64,000 bases of DNA from Lama glama (GCA_028534125.1 CM052845.1:5208001-5272000); one strand, 5' to 3'; shown: positions 11,440 through 25,600, counted from the stretch's first letter. Notes: generated by a model not told the origin, from the letters alone. Numbers and translations are program-made.

Positions 11440-12550
11440 AAATAAAGTGGTATCTCAAGTTCACTCCTTACAGCAAAGCAAACCTCAGGCATATAAAATA
11501 CTAAAAATACAGTAAGTGAAGCCACAAAAGCATAAGAAAGCAAAGGTGAATATTTTTGTAATTTTAGAGCAGAGAAGGATTTCCTGCATTGTCTAAAGCC
11601 AACACCATAAAGACTGCTAAAATTTTAAAGTTCCCTATACCAAAAAGATACCATAAACAAGGATAAACATGAAAAATGTCTGCAATACATGACAGAGTAT
11701 CATTTACTAAAATCAAGGGAGACATTAAATAGATTTTGCAACTTATAAGCATGATGCCCACCCAATAAAAATGGATGTTGGTTAGTATGTTCTACCAGAC
11801 TGTACTGAATGCCACCTGGGTCTAAAATGCAAAGATCATGCTAAAATCAATGGGAAACGAGCATTCCAACAGAAATGAGCTGAGTACTTGTGTAGATTAT
11901 TTATAGGAGAAAAATACAAGTGGACGACTAACATGAAAAGCTGTTCAATGCCCTAATAATGAATATGAAAAATGAAATATTACTGTTAGTGTGTTACTTT
12001 GGCAAATACTGAAACTATGTAGGGTTGGCAAAGTGTAAAGAAATAAAAGTTTTCAGTGACTTTAGGTTATAGTGTAATTAGTACAGTTAGTACGTCCCTT
12101 TTGTGAGACAATATTGTAATTTTTACCAAAACTGAAAATACTGATATAATTTAACAAATTTCCATTGGTTACAGTGGAACAATTGTCAGTAAAAATCCAG
12201 AGATATGCACTAAGATGTTAATTACCTTATGTTTTTAATGAAAAAATTGTAACAATCTAAATGTTCATTAACAGGTAATTATGCACATTTACTCAATGGA
12301 ATACTATGCAACCATCAAAAGGAATGATGCATTTCTTTCTTAATAGAATGGAAACTACACCTTGAGACATTACTGAGTATTAAAAGCAGAACATAAAACT
12401 ATTTTTAAAAACTATTCTCTACCTTTAAAAGATATTCATAACTATCTGGAAGGCAGTTCACCAAATGTTATTTGGGTAGTGGAATTTTCAAATCAACATT
12501 TTCTTCTTTATAGGTTCCTAGATTGATTTAATTTTCAGTATGAGCTATTC
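11440..12550 (+). mobile_element. ancient L1 (L1ME-like) ORF2 3' end and 3' UTR
   Basis: AACATGAAAAGCTGTTCAA, AACAATCTAAATGTTCATTAACAGG, CAATGGAATACTATGCAACCATCAAAAGGAATGA. Confidence 0.8.
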
Positions 12551-12560
12551 ACCAAATACA

Positions 12561-12937
12561 TGTTGGCATTTCCTTTACAAGTATGGTTGTACTTTCTGGT
12601 TCCTTTCTAGCTTGTGGGTTCATGTAACTAGTTTTGGCCAATGAGCTGTCAGTAGAAGTGACTTGTCAGTTCCAGGACTGAATATTTAATTTCCTGTGTT
12701 GAGGTCCTCTAGTGTTTTCTCTTTCTCCTTCTGCCACAGCAGCTCACAATTTTATGGAGAATGGCTACTCCCTTAACCTTGGAACTATAGTAGTAAGAGT
12801 GTCCATGAAACAGAGGAACCAGCTGACATGTGATGGCCATGCAGCGCAAGAGAGAAATAAATCTTTGTTGTATTAAGCCACTGAAATTTCTAGATCGTTT
12901 GTTACTTTATCATAATCTAGCTTACTCTATTTCCTAC
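12561..12937 (+). mobile_element. MaLR solo LTR (MLT1I/MLT1J-like)
   Basis: CATGTAACTAGTTTTGGCCAATGAG..AGAAGTGACTTGTCAGTTCCAGG and the 3' signature GAGAAATAAATCTTTGTTGTATTAAGCCACTGAAATTT...TTTGTTAC..ATAATCTAGC; TG..CA ends. Confidence 0.88.
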
Positions 12938-14349
12938 AATCTGTTAAGTTTTTAAGCAAGAAAAAAAAAGCTATTTTTGTTAAGCAAACAAATATATGTT
13001 CCCAAAACATTTATAATACTCCTAGTCTCTGAGAGATAAAATAAATTGCTTTAAATTGCCTCTTTCTTTTCCATAAATGAATTTATTAACCAGAGAAACA
13101 ATCCATTTCTAGGCGGCTAGCAGACTAAGTGACTGTCCCATCTCGTATTTTATCTTCGTAGCTGTCCTTACCTGGCTATTTTAGACAACTCCTTGACTCC
13201 TACATCATCTCACACTGTCTAGATCATGGATAATGAGTCAGTGTGTTAGCACTCTAATCCCTAGAGGGGAGGGAAAGTAAAGTGACATTATTTGACATTC
13301 ACATGTCACGCTTATTTCAGTTGACTACACAACTCCATTAACAAAATTGAGTTTATTTGTTTTTTTTTTTTAATAACATAGTTAGTTTCATGGCTTATAG
13401 ATATTCTAAGAGGAATCTGAAGAGAAGTGACTCTGTGCCTTTAACATTTTCTCATTTGGGGAGGGTGTTTATGTTTCTTATTTTAATCAGCCTGGTCAAT
13501 TAAACTGGACAGTTTCCTATTTGTTTTCTATCCAGTTTATCCTCCATGTCTTTGCATTCTGGTTTTTATGAACTAGCTCAAAGCTGCTGTTTAGTCTTCA
13601 CAATGCTACAGGGAATGTTTAAAAAATAAACTCAATTGCCTTTGTGACTTTTTTTCAAACTTGCTGAAAATGAGATTTTTCAACAGCCTTTTACTCCATA
13701 ACCCCCTCCTTCCTTTTTAATTTAAATGTTGGTACTAAAATGAGCTCACAACATTCCATTAATATCACTAGGGGAGACACTTGTTTCCATATACAGTGTT
13801 CAGATGAGTCTGCAATCCTCTCCACTCCAATCTCTCATTGTCCTATCACTTTATAATGCCTGCATATAACATACTTAGCAGTTTATATGCCTTTAAAAAA
13901 ATCAACCTTTCCATACTACTTACTGCTTCATGGGTATACATTTACCAAAAACAAAACAAAACAAAAATTACTCTGCAAACTCTAGTCTACCATAAACTTG
14001 TTATTTGGAAGAAGGGGTGGTTACACATTTAATTCAGAACACTTGGAGGGGCAATTCTATTAACACATTCAACAAAGGAAAACCATGACCAAAACTGTCA
14101 AAATAAGAAAAGTATAACTTACTTTGGAATTAGTCAATTATTTATTGTGGGAAAAATAAATGTACTTGCGGATATCTTAAATGAGTGTGTCATTCACAAT
14201 GAATCAGCTGAATACAGGGTGCAGAAGGTCAATACCCTGCTAGATCATAAAAGTATACATTGCACTTTCTTACATATCATTAACAGATTCTATAATCAAC
14301 ATAAAAATTATCGAGTTCAATCTGTGTCATGCTTATCTATTAAGTCAAT

Positions 14350-14492
14350 ATGGAGTTAATGCCCTATTCCTCTTCTGTAAAATGAGAAAGAACAGCACCT
14401 TTTTCTTCTATGTCACAGGGATCTTGGGAGGTTGGAAGTGACCCTGTGGATGAAAGGACTTTCGCAGAAGTGTGAAGCAATAAATGAACGTA
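14350..14492 (+). mobile_element. MIR (MIRc/MIR3-like) SINE
   Basis: TTCCTCTTCTGTAAAATGAG...TCACAGGG..TGGGAGG core. Confidence 0.65.
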
Positions 14493-14609
14493 ACATGGTA
14501 GCTGATTCCAGGAAGGCATTGTCTCGTGTGGTTCCCTCAGGATGCAGAGTCTACAGTTCAAAAAGATGAGACCATAACAGTAACAGGTTGAAGGTGGGCC
14601 CTGCATGCC

Positions 14610-14900
14610 ACTCAAAGAGCCTGAACTCAACCCTGAAGGCATCAAGGAGCCTCTGGTGGATATCCACTAAAGGACCATTGCTGGAAAAGTCATTCTGGCA
14701 TCCATGTGGAAGGTGCCAGGTGACACTAGGGGTTAGAGAGGCCAGAGAGAAAGTCATTACTCCACGACTCCATCAAGGGTGAGAAATGATGAGGGCCTGA
14801 GGAAGGCAGTGACATCAAGACAGAGACAACAGAAAGAAGAATGAATAGAATAGATAAGTAGGAATGACTGAAAACAGGAGGAAGGGTGAACAAAGGAACT
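14610..14900 (-). mobile_element. L2 LINE fragment
   Basis: GGAAAAGTCATTCTGGC..TGTGGAAG, GGTGAGAAATGATGAGGGCCTGA..AAGGCAGTG. Confidence 0.7.
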
Positions 14901-16506
14901 GAGGAAACATGCATGACTCACCAAGCTCCCAGCTTGGGCAACTGGTACCCTGAACCATGACAAGGGGTCCCATGTCAAGTACCTGTTTTGTACGTGTTAT
15001 CGTTAGGGAGCTTTCTTTCAAGAACTGATCACTGACTTAAGCAACTGGACCCACCTAGCAAAAAAGACATCCCTGGACATCCCAATGACATGCAGCTACC
15101 AGCATGCCTGGTGTGAGAATAAAGTACATTTTACACCAGGCACCGCACAGTCATCAACGAAAACAAGGTAGGCTTGTGGGTTTTGGGTTGGTGGTGATAA
15201 TTTTATAGGTCAAACTGTACAGTAACGTTACAATTCTTGAGAGATGGATGGCGTCTAGTATATAACAGCTCTCCCTAAAGAGAGCAATCAGTTGTTTTCT
15301 GGATGCAAGATGAAACTGTAACCAGTTTAATACAAGAAAGGTCAACAGTTGCGTGGTGGCCACAGCTTATTTTCTTAGAGCTTTTTCACTTTATAAATCA
15401 TCCTCTTGTTAAAAAATAAAAATTAGCAGAAGTTTCTCTACCCTTTATTTTTCAACCACTTCTCATCTGCATTTTCTAATGCAAGTAGGACACATCCAAA
15501 TCAACAACCACTCGATACTTCTTTTAATCATTTTATAAAGTGCACATACCCAGGGATAGAAATGAGGGCATTATATCTGGGAATAATTATCATCAAATTC
15601 TTTCCTCCATTTTGAAAAACATCCTCTTTCCTCCTTTCTCTGTCTCTTTCTCTCACACCTATCCATACTCACCCTTATCACTACACACCATCCTCCCCAC
15701 CCTCACTAGCACCCGGGTGGTTGTGGTCTAGACAGACTTAACAGATGTGATTCCTGCAAAGGGTGCCGTTCCTCATTTTCCTGTGAATGATTAACTGGTC
15801 ATGAATACTCATTTTACCTTTAGACCAAAAGCTTTAAACCATCAAATACACTATAGCTATCATGGCAAGCAACAGTGTCAATCTGTCTAGTGCTTAAGAC
15901 CAGCAAAAATGCAAGGTGATTGGATCTGCCTTTAGAGTACAATGGACTGGAATAAGGACAGGAGGGTTGTTTGGCCAAGATGTGCTAAAAAGATCAGACA
16001 GTCATCTACTAGTGCTGGGCCATTTAAAGACAAGGAGCGGGTAAGCTGATCTCCCTCTGCCCTGGGCACTGTATTGGCACACATCACTTGTGTGATGGAT
16101 GGCCGGAAGGAAGTCCCCTTAATGATGCCCTGAAGGAGACGCAAGGTAACAGCCTCCCCTCCTGCAGCAAGCTTGTGATTGCAGATTGACCATTTATGAC
16201 TTCTTTTCCTTTTCAGGGCTGTTCATTTTTAGCCTGGATTTGCTTATGTGAAAATGTGAGCAGGGATGTGATACATTCAGGGAGAGAGGGCTTGGTGTTC
16301 CCTGCTGTGGATTCTGCATCTTCCCTGCCTCCACCTGAGGACCCTGGAGTTATATGACCCTTTTCTTTCCCTGTAAGTACTTATTTTCCTTTAAACCAAG
16401 ACTCATTTCTTACTAGCTCATATTTTTTACACAAATCACAGACCGGGTTGTTCACTTTCTCATCCTCCCATCTGCAATCCCTGTCAAACTTGGCGGTAAT
16501 GCAGTA

Positions 16507-16522
16507 TCACCAGAGGGCATCA
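16507..16522 (+). promoter_or_regulatory. candidate CTCF site
   Basis: TCACCAGAGGGCATCA is close to the core consensus CCASYAGRKGGCRS, in unique sequence; binding untested. Confidence 0.45.
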
Positions 16523-19500
16523 CCTGCTTTATGAACTACCGCGGCTTCAATAAAGCACAGGGCCTGCCTTCACTCTGCTGGTCTCATCTGTACCTGACTA
16601 CCGAGGGGGCTGCCAGACCACATCTGATTACAGAACCAGATTTCACTTAAATCAGTCTAAACTACTGCGCACGGTTTTTTGTTTTGCTTTCTAAGCCTTT
16701 GTTTTGTTCCCTTTTTGATGAGGCAAAAAGGAAGCAATACAAGGAAGCCTATTTCCCATGCAGTGCCTACCCAGAAAGTGCTAGAACTGATACACGTTCA
16801 TGAGAACCCCCAGTTCTGGCCACAGAAAATGTGCTCTTCAATCCGCTGTTCTTTTTCCTAGGAGAACATAATGCTGGCAGAATGTGGAGCGGCAGGAAGA
16901 AAGCACGTGAAGCTGAAAAGTGAGCCCTCACCCCGGTCAGAATAGCCTCGGGTTTTTATTGCTGGGGTGCACTCAGGAGTCCCACACAAGAAGCTTCTAT
17001 CTAGAGTGAGAAAACCTTTAACAAAACAGACAGATGCTGCTTTGATTGTTTGCTTATTAAATTATATGTACTTCCCCTGGGGTGAGGGTGGTTACGGGAA
17101 GTAGTCACGGTGGCAGGGCAGGGACAGAGATGTGGCGACCAGCTCTACGCTGGGCCCCGGCAGGCAGGCGGGAGAGCCCTGCGGGTCTTGTGCATCGGCC
17201 AGGGTGCCTCAGACTTTCCCAGCCTGGCAGAGGCTTGGCTCTAGAATCTGACATGAAGATCAACCTAGAAGTAGGAGTGAGGGTCCTGAGCATGAAGCCA
17301 AAAGGACTATAAGGGCAGGAAGGAAAGCTGATTATTATAAACAGAAATGTTACTAGTAGATTCTCTCTGATTTCTTTCCATTACACTCTGCCAATAAGGG
17401 GCCCACGCCCAAACCCTGCCTTCCCACCCACAAATCCCCCATGGGGATTTTAAATCAGAAATTTAAAAAATAACCTAGAATAAAAATTTGAAATTAAATT
17501 TTAAAAAATGTAGTTAAACATTAAACTCTCAGAAACAAGGCAGACATGAGAAGTGATGTGCCTCTATCAAATCTTGGATTCAAGATCCTAAGTTTTCCCT
17601 CTTCTCTCCAAAGGAGGTCTCAGTATTTCAACCGCTTGACATGAGCAACAGGTCTAATATGCCAAGACTTTTCAAATAAGCGCCTCTCTACACCAATGGT
17701 TCTCATATGCCTCTCTTGTCTGAGGCAACTCTATGTGTATAACGCCATGCCTTTCGGTATTTAACTGGAAAGAGGCGCCCAAGAATTTACAAGTCATCTT
17801 TTTATTGTCCTTATTTACTGAGGCCCTCCCCAAGTGATCAGAACACCTAAATGCACACCCGAAGCCAGGAGATGTGTGGGGAGAAGGAAATGGTGGCTTG
17901 CTCTAAGCTCAGTTCATGGAATAAGAGACATGAGAACCACCCAGAGTCGTGCAGTGGGCAGATGGTTGCTGGCAGCCAGAATTTGCTGTCAACAGGCAGC
18001 GCTGATGGGAGAGAATCCATCTCTTCCCACCACCCCTTCTCCCTAACTGTCTAGTCCCATGGCAGTATTTTAACTCAGTAGGTTACTGTACACACAGCCT
18101 ACAACTCAGCTTCCCTCTGGGTCCCTTTCCCATCTGCCCCTGTTTACAACATAAACCAACTCCCAACAGAGGCAGAGTGATGAAGGGGTATCTTTAGCTC
18201 TGCATACATCACAGGGATCAAAACTTACTGCCGGGTGAGAAACACCACCAGAGAGCACAGAACGCTTTGGGAGAAAATGATCTTTAATGGAGTTGCTCTG
18301 AAAAGTATCTGCATGTGGCAAGGCTCAATACCATGAAGTCTCAGTTACAGATCACAGAACTCCAATGCATGAATATGAAAGAACACAGCAGTGGGGCAAT
18401 TAAGTGAGTAGAGAAAGCTACCAGGAGAGAAGCCACATTCATCAGGCTTACTTCCTTTTGCATGGCCAGCTCTAGGCAAAACCATCATACAGCTAAAACC
18501 TTTTCTTCTAGATTCATAGTTTCACCCTTTGTCTTTTTATGGTCCTTAATCGTTCCATTTCTATCACACTCTGCCCACAGAGCTAGGATCTGAAAATTAT
18601 TTGGAAAGTGCACAAATGACATAGCCCCAGGACATTTGCATTTTAATTGCGACAAAAAGTTTAAGAAATGACTCTCTAATTGTGAAATTTCAGGCAAGAA
18701 TGGGAAAATGAAGATGACGTAGAAATGGATGGAAGTTTGGGGGAGTGAAATCTTAAATAAATCATTCCTCGTAATGGTTTTCTTCATTCATGAAAGTTAT
18801 TTCCACAGGGCTGACTGCTACTCTAACTCCATTTTTTGTCCTTTCCAAGAATGGGTGGTGGTGAAGTCATGAGAGCTTGTATACATCAAACTTTGCAAGT
18901 GTTGACCCTGTAAAAGTCTAGTTACTACTAATACCTCTCACAATGCTCCCTACAATGCTCTAGCAATGTGGAGGTACCATTCATAAGTTACTCTTACTAA
19001 ACATGTGGTTGCCATGAGAACAGTATCATCTCAACTGCCGCTGCCTTCAATATAAAGCATGAGCCCAAATTTCTGTGTACATGGGTGTGCAGGCACACAT
19101 GCACATACTTGCTTGCAAAAATGTACACTGAAGATCCAAGTTCATGAATAAACAGAGACACAAAATGAATCACTTTGAGGGAGTCAGCAGTCATGATAAA
19201 AGAGAACACAGGTAATCAATCCATACAAACCTCCCAGTCCCCACGACGCGCCACTTGGCTTACTGCTTCCATCTCGTTCGCGTTTGCTTCTATGATCAGA
19301 CTGTTGTGTCATCAGAATAATAAAAGGCATAAATCTTCATTTCACAAAATTGATCACAAACCCGGAAGAAGAGGAGGTCACTATACCTGCTATATTGTCT
19401 AAACAAATTCCATTGCGAGATTTGAGTCGTTTAATCATGGTGCTGTCATTTGGTTTGGGTAAGCATATTTTCCCTTCATTAGATTTAATATATAATCTCA

Positions 19501-19859
19501 TTATAGAAATCTGACACTCTGCACTGACTCTCAACTCATAAATCAGCTTCTAATTCTGTTCCGAAGGCCCAGTGAAGGGGAGGAAAAAAGCAAAGTGCGG
19601 TAAAAATGCACAGCACAACATAATTTTAGCCACACAGATACTACTACTGGCCACTCCCCTCCTCATTCTCACTGTTGATGTCCCCTGATCCTACTGTCAC
19701 TTCTATCATGTTGACTTCCATTGTTCTGTGCCATCAGACATTTAAAAAATATTTGTCATCAGTCTTTCCAAAAGGTCACTTCCTAATTTCTCCCCTACCT
19801 GATCATATCAGCTATTCCTTTGTTCCTTCATGTAACATCTGGGCACCCTCAGATCACCT

Positions 19860-19985
19860 ATCTATTTCAAGACCATGTCCAATGTGTCCTGTGCTTGGCC
19901 CGGTGTTAAATGGGATGAGAAAGAGTAGAAGATACATTCCCTAGCTTCAAAGATGATGCCATACATCGAAGGGAAAAAAAGACCC
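19860..19985 (-). mobile_element. L2 3' fragment
   Basis: AATGTGTCCTGTGCTTGGC...AAGATACATTCCCTAGCTTCAAAGA. Confidence 0.45.
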
Positions 19986-21989
19986 TAATTTAAATCCCAG
20001 TTACAGCGGTTTTCTAAATGCTAGTATATACATGCTGACATCTCTATAATGAATAGACACCACTTATCAAATCACTTGTATGGATGTAAGATATTTCTAA
20101 TTCACATTTCAAAAGGTTTTCAAACTAATAACTTCCTGTGTGGACAAATGAAATTATTTCTCCATTTTGTAATATTTTCAACCCTAAAAAAAAAATCATT
20201 GGTCTCTTGCAGCTATATATGTTTAAGCTCAATGAGAAATCAAGTCAACCTAAGAAAGTGTGAATTCCATTAAGGATTAGAAAGAAATTAAAAATAAAAC
20301 ACATCTGCTCACTCAAGCATAACACTGATGCCTTCCTGTGTCACACGTATGTAGTCATTACATCTTTGACGGTAACAAATTACAGGGCATTTTATTTCAA
20401 ACCTTTCTTGGTTTGCTCCCTGACTCTCCCAAGCTCATTTAAATTTCCATTTTACTTATGAAGTTGTAATCATCTGCCTGGTTGGTTTAAGAATTCTTTA
20501 AAGATGAAAAATTCCCCTCTCTTGATTTTCAAATTCATACAAGATCTCCTAATTTTACAGTACTGTAAAGAATAATCACAATCCCAGGCAAAAGTCTGGA
20601 AATGGTCAAGAATTACAATGTGTAACTAGAAGGGAGCCCTTCAGGTTTTTCGGATATGGACCATAAACCTTCATTCTGCACCCCTTTTGCATATGGAGAC
20701 TATCTAAGTACCTACTGTCCCTGAGAATCTAATCCGGCCCAAGGTGCATGCAAACAAATAACACAATTCTCAGTGATTTCAAACTTTCAGCCAGATCTTT
20801 GTGCAGACAGAGAATGCACATCAAAGAGCAACTGACTGTATTGTTTTTAAAAAATACAGCATCATGATAAAGTGCTGAGTGTGGTCCCAGACTAACATAT
20901 CTGAAAAGTAATACCTGTTTTGGGAGGACCCTGGGTGTGTCTGCCTGTTTGTTACATTATTAAAAAGCTGTTGGAAGCTAGGAATGAGGAGAAGGCATAT
21001 GTGCACTTTCCTTTTCACAGCGACTGACAGAACATAGCACCAAATTCCATCCTGAGCCGCGCTGATAAAACTCCCCTGTGTGCAGTCGAGAGTGAAGAAC
21101 TCGGACTCTGCGGAAGGTACCGTTATTGGTACTTGTGTTCCTGGGATTGCAAAATAAAAGGAGGGAGGCAGATTCTAGACTAAGACACAAGCCTACGGCG
21201 GTGAGATTTGGGCTGGAGATTTGGTTAAGGTTGGCATTATGGAAGGTGAAGGAAAAAATCATATTTAATCTAATGTACTGAATTTTTGCCTTCTCTGCTA
21301 GACTTCCCTTTTCATTAACTTTCTCAATAAAACCTGACATGCCTTATAGCTCTGTCTGGTTATACTGGGAGGAGGGAAGATGGGAGACAATGAGATCAAG
21401 GGTGTACTGCTAAACACACATCCCTTGCACTGAGGTTGACTGCGCTGTGGCAGGGTCATGGGGCCAGAAGCAAGGCAAGCAGTGGTCTGTGCTGAGAAGG
21501 GAATGGAGGGTAAGAGCTCACAGTCCCCCCATGTCGGCCGAGATCTCAGGAGTGGTTATGAGACAGACTCTGCCTCTCCCAATCAAAGAAGGTGACTCAC
21601 TGGGGAAGCTGATGCTTGCATCACCTAAATATAACTTAAAAACAGTAACTGTCCTTTCTGCTGGACACAGAAAGGGTTAATATCAATAGTACCTACGCTG
21701 AGTATTATTCCTGCACACATTCAGATAGCATTTTATATAAATAGAGGACTAAAGTTGGGCCCAGCTTTAACTATTTGAATTTAGAATATAAAGTTACACC
21801 TAGCAAAATGGGTGAATTCTACACAAGAGCCTACACATTACAGCTGTTTATTATAATTCAGCAGTTGGCACCTCTCCTTCTCTTATTTATCCTATGCTAT
21901 GGAGAGGACTATTTTCCTCCTAATGACTTATTCATCTGTATCAGACTATTTTACTTCCCTCCTCAATATTTCTTCACTTACTGTCCTTT

Positions 21990-22190
21990 ACCCCAAACTG
22001 GGACTTAGCATCTTCTATCTTCTATTATTAATTACTTTTTCATACCTTTTGTCTCCTGGACTAAACTGGAAACTTCTGAAAGGAATAAAACCTCTCGCTG
22101 GGGATCTCTGATAACTGTGTTTATTACGAAACAGTTATTATTAAAATGATGACCATAATGCTTCTTTTTGTGAATAAATGCAGAAATGAT
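21990..22190 (+). mobile_element. L2 3' end fragment
   Basis: GTCTCCTGGACTAAACTGGAAACTTCTGAAAGG...TTTTTGTGAATAAATG. Confidence 0.5.
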
Positions 22191-22711
22191 CAATATCTAT
22201 CTAAGAGAGCAGCCGGAATACAAAGGGAGTTAGAGAGATAGTTGTAAAGTCTATTATTTCTAGACATGACTCCTTAGATACCAATTAAATACCCTCGAGA
22301 AATGGGAATTCACTCAGTATCACCAACTGAAAAAACAGTGTGTGTAAATACTTGGTCCATAACCAGGAGAATTTCATCTCAATGAGAGAAGATGACAGTA
22401 TTTTTGGCTAATATCCATGTGATAGTTGGCTAAAACCAGATGAATATGAAAATCTTAATTACAGAGAGAATGGCAGCTTGAACAGTGTTAGGATTCACGT
22501 GAAACAACTGATGACCCAATGAACGCTTAAAAAATGACTATATGAAGCAGGCTGGAAGAAACTTTCATAATATTATTACTATTTTTCTTATTAGGAAATT
22601 GAAAAAATGGAGTTAAATTCCATTAGCAAGTATATCACACATGACCACCAGCTTCTGTTCAATGTCCTAGAACATCAGGAAGCAGTAGCACACATCACTG
22701 ATCTCAACACT

Positions 22712-22835
22712 TTCAAGTCATGGGATTTTAGGGCTGGAAGAGACATAGACTTGATCTAGTTCAATTCCCTTGCTTTAGAGCTGAGAAACCTGGGGCAAAG
22801 GAGTGATGCAAGTTCCCTGAAATCACACAATCAAT
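22712..22835 (-). mobile_element. MIR3-like SINE
   Basis: ATTTTAGGGCTGGAAGAGAC..ATCTAGTTCAA..CTTTAGAGCTGAGAAAC. Confidence 0.75.
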
Positions 22836-23459
22836 CTGTAATTTTTGGCCTTGTCTATTAACAGAAGTTAGCTACTCACACCTTGGAAAGATATACCAAG
22901 CTCTACCAAAAAAGAAAAAAAAAAAAAGTGGGCTGGAAATACTGGTTCTGTAAATAAACAGAGCAGATGTGCAGAGACACTCTTACTAGTACAGAATAAC
23001 TGAATAACTAACATGCTTGATAGTAAGTGGGGTGAGAAGGCTCTGTGAAAGCATGGCTAGGCTGGCGATTAAGATAAACAATTAGAGGCCAGATATCTCG
23101 AGGTGTTTACTGGGGAAGTAAGCCTAGAAGAAGGCATTTTTCAACAGTCTGCCTTCCAATGCCTGGCGTAGTGAAACACACACACAGGACAGGGACACAC
23201 CCTGACATCCAAGTAGAGCAGGAGGTCATCAGAGACCTGCAAGAAGTACCAACAGAGAGCAACAGCTCAGAGGAGATGCACTAGAAAAAAGTGCAGCCCA
23301 CAGAAATCTTGGCTTTTCCTGGAGTTGACATTGAACACAATAGGGAAAGCAAAGTCTCTCTTGATCGTTCCTCATCCAAAGTCCATTTTCTGAAGGGGGA
23401 AGGCCAGGATCCACATGGTAAGAAAATTCTCAGGAAAAAAATTAAGTATCAAGTGAGTA

Positions 23460-25000
23460 GTGTCTCGAAATTCTGAGCAGAAACAATTTCCATATTTTAC
23501 CTACAAAAACATTTTCTAAGCATACGTCACAAAGAATTCCTATGGATGAATTTCCACAAACATGAACTCATCATAAAAAATATCTCTAAGTATATGAGCA
23601 AACAAGTCCCATGAATGAATCTGCAGAAACAAAAAAGTATCAGATTTGCAAGACTGATTATATGTCATTAACAAGTATAGACTATAATATAGTCCCAATC
23701 TACTTAAATTACAAAATTTGAATGTATAACACATGAAAATGAGTTTACTAAAACTGATCAGAAAATACTGAAATAGAAACAAATGAAATTCATAGAAATG
23801 AGAAGTATTCATATTTAAAACAAATGAATAAACTCAAATATAAAACTTGATATAGTTGAAGAAAAACTTTGTAAACTGATACATGCGTATCAAGAAATGA
23901 CATGCAAAGAATGACAGAGAGAAAAAATGGCATATGTGATCAAGAGGATAAGAGACATGGCAAAAGAGAGAGAGAGGGTCTAACAGAGTTTGCTCTAAGT
24001 GTGGTCCACAGACTAATAGCATTGTTATCAGCACATCCTCAAGACACAACGTAAACCCACTACATGGTTGGAATTTGTTCTACAACAAGTTGTCCAGGTG
24101 ACTTTTTTGGAGGCTAAATTTGAGGAGCATTGGCCTAATATGTCTCTAAGTTCTAACAGAGAAAATATAAAATACTAGTGGGGTAACATTGAAAAAATAG
24201 TTAAAAATTTATTAAATTAATGGATGAAACCAATTCTCAGACTCAAGAACTTCAATGGATCCCAAACAAGATAAATAAAGAGAAATTCTCACCTACAGTG
24301 AAAATGAACACCAAAGACCATAAGATCTTAAAAACAGTCAGTGAAGAAATTCAACTTAGAGACATAGGAGATCACAAAAATACAGTCTAGCCTAGAGAGA
24401 GATCATTCCAGTTAAAAGCAGATAAGGCTAGAGGAAAGACTTCTTTAAGGTGAGAACATTCACTAAACACTCAATACCTAATATGCTTGAATATATAAAG
24501 AGAAGATTTTTCATACCTGGCAAAAAAAAAAAAAAACGGGGAGGGGGGCAGTGAATAATAGATAACTATAGAGAAAACTAAGAAAGTGGGGAGAAAAATC
24601 TAATAATTCTCCAGGGAAAACAAAGTTGTGAATAGTAAAAGTAATCATGCTACAACCTGCACATCTGTGAATAGCTTTTATATACTCCTAATAATATAAA
24701 TTACCATAAGATAATCTAATGAAGAGTACACTGAAGTATACTGTAGCTATATTGGGAAGAAAAGGGCTGAAAACTGTGCATGTATGCAATGAGGGTCAAA
24801 TGGGAAGAGCAATCCTCATTTTCTATAAATAATAAAGTATCTCCACTTGAGAAATCAGGACATAGTGATTAAAACGGGGATAGAAATACCAAAAAAAAAT
24901 TGCTAAAATGGTTATAAGCTCAGTGGTCAATATGGTGTATTTTACAGCAAGCTTTCTTACACTAGTTGACTCTTTAAATAAATGCAAGCATGTTTAACTT
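23460..25000 (+). mobile_element. old L1 ORF1-like / HAL1-like element, interrupted by MER5
   Basis: A-rich decayed ORF1-like sequence (GAAATTCATAGAAATGA, TCAGACTCAAGAACTTCAATGGATCCCAAACAAGATAAATAAA, AAGATCTTAAAAACAG); 24350-25000 resembles HAL1 3' sequence. Confidence 0.7.
23984..24132. mobile_element. MER5-type hAT-Charlie MITE nested in L1/HAL1
   Basis: CAGAGTTTGCTCTAAGTGTGGTCCACAGACTAATAGCAT...AACAAG..CCAGGTGACT...AAATTTGAGGAGCATTG. Confidence 0.75.
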
Positions 25001-25009
25001 TCATAAAAG

Positions 25010-25600
25010 ACCACTTTACCTTCCTGCTTACTGGCAAAAAGTTGAAGGTTTGAAAATATGAGATGTCACTGAGTGTGTGGGGCCATAAGGATCAGTTATA
25101 GCTGGTGAGAGTTTACTTTTATATAACCACTCTTAAAAATCATTTGTCATTGCCTGGCCAAGTTGGGTATGTGCAAACTCTTCTTATCCAGCTTATTCAG
25201 ATGTCTGTACCCTAGAGAAACTAGCACATCTGAACAGGAAGCATGTCAAGAGTAGGAATGACAGCATTGTTTGCATGTATCTAAAACCTGGATACAATCC
25301 AAAGGTTCTTAAGCAGGAGAATGACTGAACAGACGGTGACACATTCACACAGGAAAACTGTATACAGCAGTGAGCGTGAATAAACTAGAATTATACACAT
25401 CAACTTGGGTGAATCTCAGTCATTTAAAATTACATTAAATAAGACCCAGAAGAGTACTATTTCACTTAAATAAAATTCAAGAGTAGACAAAACTGAACAA
25501 CATATCATTTAGGGATGTCTCTTATATGTAAAACAGAAAAAACATACAGAAAAGGGAATGAGTAGCCCAAATTTTGAAACAGAAATGATCTTTAGTACAT
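25010..25600 (+). mobile_element. L1ME3-like ORF2 end / 3' UTR
   Basis: TACCCTAGAGAAACT, ACAGCATTGTTTG, TATACAGCAGTGA..TGAATAAACTAGAATTATACACATCAAC.TGGGTGAATCTCA. Confidence 0.8.

Noticed and set aside
13170-13220. Minus-strand donor CAG|GTAAGG
   Set aside because: Stops in all frames shortly upstream and no credible acceptor.
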